Virus record (IMG/VR): IMGVR_UViG_3300047274_000223
Source of the DNA: a virus
Reading direction: 5' to 3' (one strand)
DNA length: 64,000 bases
In this document: one piece after another, positions 19,307-28,800 of the stretch
Position numbering within the stretch: the stretch's first letter is position 1
How the letters are laid out: the number at the start of each line of letters is the position of its first letter
The notes under the pieces: model-generated
What the model saw: only the letters and a program-made list of their open reading frames with translations
The model's database searches: none
What the model was told of the DNA's origin: nothing
Program-made: the position numbers and the translations under genes

Positions 19307-20497
19307 ATGGCTAGACAAAGCATTGGTGTTGGTTCGCAGGCAAATGATGGAACAGGTGATACCCTGCGAACTGGTGCTCAAAAAGTTAATTCAAACTTCA
19401 ATGAAGTGTATAATAAACTAGGTAATGGTACTGATTTGCAAATTAGTATTACTGGTGCTTTTGCCGAAGGGATGACTTTAAGATCTAATGGTCAAGAATT
19501 TGTACCTTCCAGTTTAAATTATAATGATCTGTTAAATAGACCAACAATCCCAGATCCACAAGTCCAATCAAATTGGATCGAATCCGATATCAATTCTGCA
19601 TCATACATTCAAAATAAACCAGGAATTCCAACTACTGTATCAACACTATCTGACGTTTTGGTTTCGGGCCCTTCGATTGGAGATGCATTACGTTGGAATG
19701 GTACTGGATGGATCAATCAAGCAGTACAAGAATCCATTGTAACATCATTAGACAATCTGACTGACGTTACAATCACTTCGGCAGCAGTTGGTAATGTAAT
19801 TAGATTTAACGGTACTGCTTGGGTAAATACCGCTTTAAATTATTCCGATTTATATAATGCTCCTTCGTTATCTACTGTTGCTACTAGTGGTGACTATGAT
19901 GATTTGACAAATAAACCAGATCTTAGTGTGTATTTGACATCTCAAGTACAAAGTGACTGGAATGCCACTAGTGGAACTGCACAGATTTTAAACAAACCTA
20001 CATTATCTACAGTAGCAACCTCAGGTAGTTATACAGATTTATCTAATACACCAACACTATCTACTGTAGCAACAACTGGTGACTATGATGATTTGACAAA
20101 TAAACCAGATTCACTAGCGCCTTCTAGAACAACTGCGAGTGGAACAACAACATCCATTAATAATAATTTTTCTGCAAATTTAACGATTAATGGATTTAAA
20201 ACTTATGCATTATATAAAGTAGAGACTTCGGAATCTGCATGGGTTACTATTTACACAGATGTGAATGCTAGATCAAATGATACTTCTAGACAAGAAACTA
20301 CGGATCCTGCTCCTGGTTCTGGAATTATCGCTGAAGTTATTACAACTGGGGCCGAGACAGTAATGCTAACTCCAGGAACTATTGGATGGAACAATGATGA
20401 TCCAGCATCCAGTAATATATACCTAAAAGTTGTAAATAAGTCTGGAGGACCAGCTGCGATTACAGTAACGTTAACCCTTCTTCAATTAGAACTCTGA
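19307..20497 (+). CDS. Baseplate-attached fibre-like protein with a gp9/gp10-type N-terminus
   Basis: MARQSIGVGSQANDGTGDTLRTGAQKVNSNFNEVY resembles the T4 gp9/gp10 N-terminal motif. It is followed by LSTVATSGDYDDLTNKP fibre repeats and a distinct ~125-aa C-terminal domain. Confidence 0.75.
   Translation: MARQSIGVGSQANDGTGDTLRTGAQKVNSNFNEVYNKLGNGTDLQISITGAFAEGMTLRSNGQEFVPSSLNYNDLLNRPTIPDPQVQSNWIESDINSASYIQNKPGIPTTVSTLSDVLVSGPSIGDALRWNGTGWINQAVQESIVTSLDNLTDVTITSAAVGNVIRFNGTAWVNTALNYSDLYNAPSLSTVATSGDYDDLTNKPDLSVYLTSQVQSDWNATSGTAQILNKPTLSTVATSGSYTDLSNTPTLSTVATTGDYDDLTNKPDSLAPSRTTASGTTTSINNNFSANLTINGFKTYALYKVETSESAWVTIYTDVNARSNDTSRQETTDPAPGSGIIAEVITTGAETVMLTPGTIGWNNDDPASSNIYLKVVNKSGGPAAITVTLTLLQLEL
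19888..20110 (+). repeat. Identical 34-nt direct repeat (19888-19921 and 20077-20110) within fibre repeats
   Basis: tggtgactatgatgatttgacaaataaaccagat occurs twice. Confidence 0.9.
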
Positions 20498-20498
20498 T

Positions 20499-22184
20499 AT
20501 GGAAAGAGAATACGTAGTAACTCTAAAGGAATACGAGCAATTGGAGGAATTCTATGATGACATGGAAACTCCAGGAGGAAATTTGTACATACCAAATAGG
20601 ATGGTGGAATGTGCATTGAGGAGAGATATTTCCAGAAATACACACTACATGCTTACTGATGAAGAGGCAGAAGAAGTGAGAAATGATCCTAGAGTTCTTG
20701 CTGTGGAATTGCTTCCAAAAGAAAGAGGTATCGAACCTGTTCTTTTTTGGGACCAAACTGGTAATTTTGAAAAATCTTCGACTGTAGATCAAGCAGACAA
20801 AAATTGGGGACTACTTAGATGCATTAATGGTTTCCAAATTTCTGGATGGGGTACTAATGGAGGATCCGAGACACAAAAAACAAGTTTAAATATCAAAACA
20901 ACAAGCTCTGGCAAGAATGTTGATGTTGTGATTGTTGATGCACATGTAAATCCAAATCATCCTGAGTTTGCAGTAAATCCAGATGGATCTGGTGGGGGAA
21001 GAGTAAATACTATAGATTGGTATGAATATAATGATTATACTGGTGCTGTCGTAAGTGGATCTTATGATTACTCCACCGTTTCCAGCAATCACGGAACTCA
21101 CGTAGCTGGAACTGCTGTGGGTAATACCCAAGGATGGGCAAGAGATGCAAATGTTTATACAATAGAATTCAATTACTCAAATAGTCCCGTAGCTGAATGG
21201 GATCTAATTTTATTTGATTACTTAAGGGCATTTCATAGAAATAAACCAATTAATCCAGAAACAGGTAGAAGAAATCCAACTGTAACAAATCATAGTTGGG
21301 GATATTCATATGGAAATATTGGACTAGCAAATATTACTTCGGTAACATACAGAGGAGTAACTACTGATATATCTACATTAAATACAGCAGATAAAAAGAT
21401 TGCTCTAGAGACAAGAGGTGTACCAGTTCCATTTGGAACATATCTATACAGAATGCCAGTCAGAGTTGCTGCATTGGATGCTGATATTCAAGATGCAATT
21501 AATGATGGTGTAATTGTTGTTTCTTCTGCAGGTAATTCATATTGGCAAATTTGCAAAGATGCTGGAGATGCAGACTTCAATAATTATATCACTATTGGTG
21601 GTACTGATTACTATCATGCACAAGGATCTTCTCCAGGAGCTGCAAATAATGTTATTTGTGTAGGTTCTATTGGGTCCGAGCATGTAGAGAAAAAAGCAAA
21701 TTACAGTAATTGGGGATCTAGAGTGGATGTATGGGCTCCTGGAACAAATATTATATCAAGTGTATACAATTCTTCAGCAGCATCTGAATTTGGAATTAGT
21801 ATAGTTAATGATCAAAGAAATGGTTCATATTATCTTGGATCTATTAGTGGAACTAGTATGGCATCCCCACAGGTCACTGGTATTCTGGCATGTTTAGCAG
21901 AACAAGAACCAGATATGACTCAAGCAGATGCAATTACATATATTAGTCAATATGCAGTAAAGCAAAATCAACTATTCAATCAAGAACCTAATGTGGATTG
22001 GGTAAATGCGGGTTCTGTTCCACCAACTCAAAGTCCATATGATTCCCTATCGGCAAGTGACAATAATATATTTTTATATTATGTCAAAGAACGTCCTTTG
22101 GATGGTGTCACTACACCAAAATGCAATTTCAAAAGACGACCACAAACAGGAGTAGTTTATCCAAGAATAAGAGGTAGAAGATAA
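20499..22184 (+). CDS. Subtilisin-like (S8) serine protease, probably virion-associated
   Basis: Catalytic motifs in subtilase order: VDVVIVDA (Asp), NHGTHVAGT (His), SSAGNS (oxyanion Asn), SGTSMASPQVTG (Ser). N-terminal prodomain-like EYVVTLK region. Confidence 0.9.
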   Translation: MEREYVVTLKEYEQLEEFYDDMETPGGNLYIPNRMVECALRRDISRNTHYMLTDEEAEEVRNDPRVLAVELLPKERGIEPVLFWDQTGNFEKSSTVDQADKNWGLLRCINGFQISGWGTNGGSETQKTSLNIKTTSSGKNVDVVIVDAHVNPNHPEFAVNPDGSGGGRVNTIDWYEYNDYTGAVVSGSYDYSTVSSNHGTHVAGTAVGNTQGWARDANVYTIEFNYSNSPVAEWDLILFDYLRAFHRNKPINPETGRRNPTVTNHSWGYSYGNIGLANITSVTYRGVTTDISTLNTADKKIALETRGVPVPFGTYLYRMPVRVAALDADIQDAINDGVIVVSSAGNSYWQICKDAGDADFNNYITIGGTDYYHAQGSSPGAANNVICVGSIGSEHVEKKANYSNWGSRVDVWAPGTNIISSVYNSSAASEFGISIVNDQRNGSYYLGSISGTSMASPQVTGILACLAEQEPDMTQADAITYISQYAVKQNQLFNQEPNVDWVNAGSVPPTQSPYDSLSASDNNIFLYYVKERPLDGVTTPKCNFKRRPQTGVVYPRIRGRR

Positions 22185-24304
22185 TGGCATTAGTACCTGG
22201 ATCTGGAGCTATCATTCAACCACGTTTTGATCCCGTAAAACTTGGTGTAGATTCTGTTGTAGTTATTAATGGTGGATCTGGATATTCTCAATCAAATCCC
22301 CCAAAACTCCAAGTAAAAAATTGTGGCAATCCATTACGAGATGCTAGATTACAACCAGTAATCAATAATGGAAGAATTGTGGCTGTAAAAATAATCGACC
22401 CAGGTGAAGGGTATGATCCATTGAGGGTTGTATTTACTCCACAAGTCCCAAGTGATGTTGAACCAGAGAACTTACCAACAAAAAATTTGTCAGCCGAAGC
22501 AATATTAAAAGAAGATGGGTCTGGAGAAATTGATTATATTAAAGTAACAAATTCTGGTGACAACCAATACTATGATGTTGATGCTCAAGTAGTTGGAGGT
22601 GAAGGAATTGGAGCTTCTATCAGAGCAACATCAAAAGCAGTTACAAGTTTAGTCTTATTAAATTCAGGAAGAAACTATGAAACTCCGCCATTCATTACTA
22701 TCAATGGTGGGGGTGGCCAGGGTGCCTCTGGGGTTGTTGATATTGATACTAGAGGTATTGTAGATTTAGACGTTTCAATCAGTAATCCTGGTCAATTTTA
22801 TTTAAAATCTCCTTATGTATTATTGGTTGGTGGAGGTGGCCAGGGTGCCAAGGCTAGGGCAATTGTGAATCAAGGTGAAATTGTAGATATTGAAATTTTA
22901 GATCAAGGTAAAGGATATATTACAGAACCCAAAGTCATTTTCACTAGAAACGTAAAAGTAAAGAGAATATCCAGAAATAGACAATCTTACAACTTAATAT
23001 ACTACAATATTGCAGGTTTAACAAAAGATGCTGCTAGAGATGATTCATCAATTTATTTAAATACCACAGATCCTTTCCCTGGAAGTGGACTTGTTCTACT
23101 AGAAAAGGAACTAATTAGATATACTGGTAAAGATGCAAATAGACTTACTGGTTGTACTAGGGGACTAAACTTCAGATATGATCAAAGAATTGTTTTAGAC
23201 ACACTTCAAGATGATGACGATGGAAATACAGCATATGAATTTAACGTTGGCGATAGAATTGTAAGATTGACAGAATCTGCTAATAATAAAATTGCTGTTG
23301 TATATGATTGGAGACCAGAAACAAAAGAACTATTCGTAGTATTCCAAGTAGATGAATTAGCATTTATTGATGCTGGAACTCCAGGTGAAAAGACAAACGT
23401 TAGATTTGATGCTGGAGTATCCGATTCTACTGGTAGCGGAGATTTACCGCACAATTTGGTGGATGATGAGTTTGGAATCATTTATATGTTGACAACTCCC
23501 CTTTCATCAATGACTGGATTTGCATTTGAGGATATTGCCGAGTTTGATGGCCAAGGTGACGGACTTCCAGATTTGATCAATAGTGGAACTGCATTCGAAA
23601 ATCAAACATTACTTGATGGTGGCATTCCATCTACCTTATATGGTATTGAAGAAACTGTCGGAGGTCAAAACACTACACTATTTGTTAATGGGGATCAAAT
23701 TAAAGATTCTAGTCAACCATTCAAGATTGCTGGTATTACAGATGCTGGACAACTTGATGAAGGTGTTGATCATTTTGCAAAATTGGTAATTATTTTGGAC
23801 ACTTCAAATCCTTCATATTATAATGGAACTGGATTTGTTCCTGGTGAAGTTGTTACTGGCGTCAATTCGTTAGTTCAAGCAACAGTTGAATCTTGGGATC
23901 CAGATACTGCCACTTTAATTGTATCTAATATAGTTCCATATGATACTGGAAATCCTGACGATGGAATTTTATATAAGTTCTCAATGGATAGTACTGTAGT
24001 CGAAATTAGAATTAATGAAGTTGGACAGAACTACACTTCCGAACCAATTGTTACCATTGCTGATACGGGAACGTTCCAAGCAACTGCAATAGCAACAATT
24101 ACTGCCGACCAAGTTACTTCTATTGCAGTGGATAATGGTGGATATGGTTATACGAGCAAACCAAATGTAACTTTCTCTGGTGGAGGTGGATCTGGTGCTG
24201 TTGCTGAAGCAATTTTAGGTGGTGAAAGAATTAGTGGACAAAATGGCGGAATATGGAAAATTAAGTCCATTAATTATTCAACATCATTAAGGAATGAAGA
24301 ATAA
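22184..24304 (+). CDS. Virion structural protein (706 aa) with GxGY...P repeats, related to gp7 segments
   Basis: Repeated NGGSGY/DPGEGY/NSGRNY/DQGKGY units. ELIRYTGK...LTGCTRG parallels gp7 EIIRYKEK...FIECTRG. Confidence 0.75.
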   Translation: MALVPGSGAIIQPRFDPVKLGVDSVVVINGGSGYSQSNPPKLQVKNCGNPLRDARLQPVINNGRIVAVKIIDPGEGYDPLRVVFTPQVPSDVEPENLPTKNLSAEAILKEDGSGEIDYIKVTNSGDNQYYDVDAQVVGGEGIGASIRATSKAVTSLVLLNSGRNYETPPFITINGGGGQGASGVVDIDTRGIVDLDVSISNPGQFYLKSPYVLLVGGGGQGAKARAIVNQGEIVDIEILDQGKGYITEPKVIFTRNVKVKRISRNRQSYNLIYYNIAGLTKDAARDDSSIYLNTTDPFPGSGLVLLEKELIRYTGKDANRLTGCTRGLNFRYDQRIVLDTLQDDDDGNTAYEFNVGDRIVRLTESANNKIAVVYDWRPETKELFVVFQVDELAFIDAGTPGEKTNVRFDAGVSDSTGSGDLPHNLVDDEFGIIYMLTTPLSSMTGFAFEDIAEFDGQGDGLPDLINSGTAFENQTLLDGGIPSTLYGIEETVGGQNTTLFVNGDQIKDSSQPFKIAGITDAGQLDEGVDHFAKLVIILDTSNPSYYNGTGFVPGEVVTGVNSLVQATVESWDPDTATLIVSNIVPYDTGNPDDGILYKFSMDSTVVEIRINEVGQNYTSEPIVTIADTGTFQATAIATITADQVTSIAVDNGGYGYTSKPNVTFSGGGGSGAVAEAILGGERISGQNGGIWKIKSINYSTSLRNEE

Positions 24305-24306
24305 TC

Positions 24307-24314
24307 ACTAAATA
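24307..24314 (+). promoter_or_regulatory. Possible late promoter (ACTAAATA)
   Basis: TAAATA core in the gap before gp8. Confidence 0.55.
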
Positions 24315-24346
24315 TAATAGGTAAGTAAAAACTTCGGAAAGAACTC

Positions 24347-25879
24347 ATGGCTGCACTGCTAACAGATCAATTTAGAATTTATGCAGCGGCAAAGTTTATC
24401 AAATCTTTGGAAGGTCCAGATCCAGAGGCAACAGACTTAGCTGCTGGTACAAATAGAGATAGACTTTATGTATTCATCGGTAGACCACAATCTTGGGAAG
24501 ATGAAAATAATCCTCCGCAAGCTATCGATAGTTTTGCTCAGTATAGCGATTTATATGATGATCTAATTTCTCTGAAAAGAGTTCTTGCTAATGATACTAC
24601 CCAGGTCGTAAGAAGAATTGATTGGATTCCACCAGAAAAGACCACTGGTGGATTGGGTTACATTTACGACATGTATCGTCATGACTATTCACCAACAAAA
24701 ACTGCAGCGTCTGGTTCCACACGTTTATATGATGCTGATTTCTACGTAGTCAATTCATCTTACCAAGTTTATAAGTGTATCTATAATGGCACTTCTCCAT
24801 CTGACCCAAATGGAAAACCATCAACCATCGAACCTACTGGTACTTCCACTTCTATCATCACTACCTCAGATGGTTACCGTTGGAAGTACATGTACACTAT
24901 TCCTGTCGCACAGGTTCTAAAGTTTTTCTCATCCGATTATATTCCCGTACTAGTAGATTCCGCAATTAAGTCTAATGCTTCTGATGGTGAAATTGATACT
25001 GTTGTAATTCAATCATCTGGAGCTGGATACAATAACGGTACTTACGATAATGTTCCGATTAATGGAGATGGTACAGGAGGAAGGGTTACGATTATTGTTG
25101 ATGGCGGTAAAATTGTCAATGCCACAGTAACTTCTGGTGGTACTGCTTATACCTTTGGTAAGATTGTTGTTGATCAAATTAATGGTATTGGTACTGGAAC
25201 TGGTGGACAAATTGACGTAATTATTCCTCCTCAAGGTGGTCATGGTTACGATCCAGCATTTGAACTTGGTGGATATCGCGTAATGGTAAATGCCAAACTG
25301 CAGTATTCGGAAGGATCTGGAGATTTCCCAACAGACAACGACTATCGTAGAATTGGTCTTCTCCTAAATCCATTTAAATTTAACACCGCAGAACTGGCTT
25401 CCGACCTAACCCTAAGTGGTACTAGAGCAGTTATTTTCCCACCAACCTTCCAAGGTACATTCTTTGTTGATGAAATTATTTCGCAAACAAGAATTGTTGG
25501 TGGGGGAACTATTACTTCAAGAGGAAGAGTCATTTCATGGAATTCCACAACAAAAGTTCTAAAGTATTATCAGAACCAAATTGATGGTATCTATCCAGAA
25601 ATTACAGGATCACTAAATGAGTTTGCAGGAAGTAATGTTATTACTGGTGCTTCTTCAGGATCTTCTGGTGAACCAGATGTCGCTTTCCCTTCAGTACCAG
25701 GTTCTTCAACAAGAACCATTAATAATACAGAATATGATTTGGGTATGAGATTCACCTCTGGATATGCGTTCTCAGAGATTGAAAAGAACTCTGGACAAGT
25801 CATCTATATAGATAATAGAAGACCGATCTCTCGTGCGAACGATCAGATCGAAGATATCAAAATTGTAATCGAATTCTAA
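24347..25879 (+). CDS. gp8: Baseplate wedge subunit gp8
   Basis: LYVFIGRPQSW, YVVNSSYQVYKCIYNG, DGYRWKYMYTI and GQVIYIDNRRPISR...EDIKIVIEF motifs. Confidence 0.95.
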   Translation: MAALLTDQFRIYAAAKFIKSLEGPDPEATDLAAGTNRDRLYVFIGRPQSWEDENNPPQAIDSFAQYSDLYDDLISLKRVLANDTTQVVRRIDWIPPEKTTGGLGYIYDMYRHDYSPTKTAASGSTRLYDADFYVVNSSYQVYKCIYNGTSPSDPNGKPSTIEPTGTSTSIITTSDGYRWKYMYTIPVAQVLKFFSSDYIPVLVDSAIKSNASDGEIDTVVIQSSGAGYNNGTYDNVPINGDGTGGRVTIIVDGGKIVNATVTSGGTAYTFGKIVVDQINGIGTGTGGQIDVIIPPQGGHGYDPAFELGGYRVMVNAKLQYSEGSGDFPTDNDYRRIGLLLNPFKFNTAELASDLTLSGTRAVIFPPTFQGTFFVDEIISQTRIVGGGTITSRGRVISWNSTTKVLKYYQNQIDGIYPEITGSLNEFAGSNVITGASSGSSGEPDVAFPSVPGSSTRTINNTEYDLGMRFTSGYAFSEIEKNSGQVIYIDNRRPISRANDQIEDIKIVIEF

Positions 25880-25894
25880 TAGGTAGTAAAAAAG

Positions 25895-28800
25895 ATGCCA
25901 CAAAATACCAACCTGAACGTAACTCCTTATTATGATGATTTCGATAAGGATAAGAACTTTTATAAAGTTCTATTCAGACCAGGATTTCCAATTCAAGCTA
26001 GAGAACTTACTACCTTACAATCTGTTTTGCAGAATCAGATTGAAAGTATGGGAAACCATTTTTTCAAAGATGGTTCCATGGTTATTCCAGGCCAGGTTGG
26101 ATTTGACAACAACGTTGATGGTATATTAGTACAGTCGAGTTTCTTAGGAACTAACGTTGAGGAATATCGTTCTCAATTGGATGGAGCGATTATCACTGGT
26201 CTTAGCAGTGGCGTAAAGGCCAAGGTAATCTATACTATCTCATCAACTGAATCGGAATTAGGATTCATTACAATTTACGTAAAATACATCGAATCTGGTG
26301 GTGTTAATAGAGACATTATTAAATTCCAAAATAATGAACAGTTAATTATTAATAAGGAATTGACTTATGGACAAAATCTATTGGAGATTGGAAGTCCATT
26401 TGCTCAGTTACTACCAAATAATGCTACTACTACTGCATCTACAGCATATATAAACAGTGGTGTATACTTCATTCGTGGTTATTTTATTGATGTTTCATAT
26501 CAGTATGTTATTCTTGAGCAATATGCACAAAATCCATCATATAGAGTTGGTCTTGAAATCTCAGAATCAATCATCACTTCAGAAGATGACCCATCTCTAA
26601 ATGATAATGCCGCAGGGTCATCTAATTATGCTGCTCCTGGTGCTCATAGATTTAGGATTAAAACAACCCTCATCAAAAAACCAATTGAGGATACATCAGA
26701 TAAAAACTTCATTGAACTTTTAAGAGTTGTAAATGGTAAAGTTCAGAAGTTTGTAGAAAGAACTGCATATAATGAAATTGAGAAAGAACTCGCCAGAAGA
26801 GTCTATGATCAAGCTGGTGATTTCATGATCAAACCATTTGATATTAGAGTTAGAGAGTGTTATAACGATGGTTTTAATAATGGTGTATTTGCAGTAAATG
26901 AAGTAACTCATGGACCAACAGGAGTTCCTGGTAGTGGTGTTTTATTGGATTCAACAACTGGAAGTGCTTCTGGTTATCTTGGATTAAATACAACACTATC
27001 TGGGGTTGACTATGGTAAATCTTTATACTCGGTTGAAGTATCTCCAGGTAAAGTATACCTTAAAGGTTATCCAGTAGAGACAACTCAACCAACTTATATT
27101 GATATTCCAAAATCAAGACAGTTTTCGTGCTTCCAAAACAATATTATCCCATTTGAAATTGGTAATTATGTTAAGGTAACTAATGTTTGGGGTCAACCAG
27201 TTATCTCGGGTCCAGATGTAAGTTCATCTTATCAAATTATTGAATTTAGAGATGCATACACGTCTGTTCAGGGTACAGGAACTGGAAATGTAATTGGTAC
27301 TGCGAGAGTGATGAATTTCCAACAAGACTCTTCTGGTGGGGATGGAATTTCTGGTACTGATGATGATCAGTACGAACTATACTTATTTGATGTAACTCTT
27401 CATACAAAATTAAGACTAACTTCATCAACAACAATCGATGCTGGTTCTATGATTGTTGGTAAGATTAGCGGTGCAAGAGGACTACTTCGAGTTGATCCAG
27501 GTGCAAGCTCATTCACTGGACAAACACTAACCCTCACGAATGTTCAAGGTATCTTTAGAGCAAATGAAGTAATTCAGGTCGATGGTAGAGACGTTGGAAC
27601 TGTTTCTATTGCACCATATGACTATCAACTTTCGGATGTGAGACAATTAGTTGGTAAGAATAGCACCAATACGACAACAGTATTTACTTGCGATTCTGTT
27701 CTTGATGATCAAATTCCCCTATCTGGCAACTACTTCACTTATTCCACATCTGGTACAAAACTAACAGGATTTAACAGCAATATTGCAGCAGAAGTAAGAT
27801 CTGGCGATAGACTATATGTAAGTCCTACACAATACTTCACTGTTGCGGCCGTACCAGCAAACTTAAACTTTAGTACAGTATTTAACTATACGACCCAAGA
27901 GATTACAGTAACACCTTCCGCAGGATTTACTCCAACTAACGGACAGCAATTCCAAACTATCGTTAGATTTAGACCACAATTAAATGGAACTAATAATGGT
28001 GATTTGTTTACGGAAATGCCAAAGGCCGCAATCCGAAGCATCTCCGATGAAAGTATGTCCATTAAGAGGACTTATGAATCTCAAGTAACAAGCAGCAGTT
28101 TCTCTATCTCCTTGTCGGAAAATGAACAGTTCTCGGCTATTGATACAGATAACTACTTGATGGTTGTTACTGGAATTAGTGGTGGAAGTACTTATGCTGT
28201 AGGAGATGTTGTTGTTATCCAAGATGATGTACCAGGAAATGCTGCATATGCAACCTTCAATACTACTGGTACACCAAGAACAACTCTAACTGTATCAAAT
28301 CTTGTTGGGATTACTTCAATCCGAATCTACGCAACTATTTCCAGAAACGTAGTTATTGAAAAAATTAAGAATGCGAATAAAATGACTGTCTGGAAAGTTA
28401 ATAGAACTTCCAAACAAAGTGATCAAATTCCTTTTGGTCTCGCATACTCCAATCTGTATGGAACAAGAATTGAAGATAACGAGATCTCATTGGGTGTAAA
28501 AGACGCTTATAGAATCCATGCAATTTATGAGTCATATGATGATAATGAAGCTATCTTACCATCAGTAACTTTGGTTGAATCTGCATTCTTTGCTGTTGGT
28601 ACTATTATCACTGGAAGAACTTCTGGTGCTAAGGGTATGGTCATCGACTTTAACCCAACAACACTAAAACTATCGTTAGTATATCAAACATCGTCTTCAT
28701 TTATTCAAAATGAAGTAATCACTGGAACCAATTCTCAAGGTACTGCAATTCAAGCACTTGTTAGTGATGCTGATGGATCTGTAGAATTGGGCAGTAAAAA

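Noticed and set aside
19904-20100. TTGACA inside both 34-nt repeats as internal promoters
   Set aside because: No -10 element at 16-18 bp; explained by the DLT codons.
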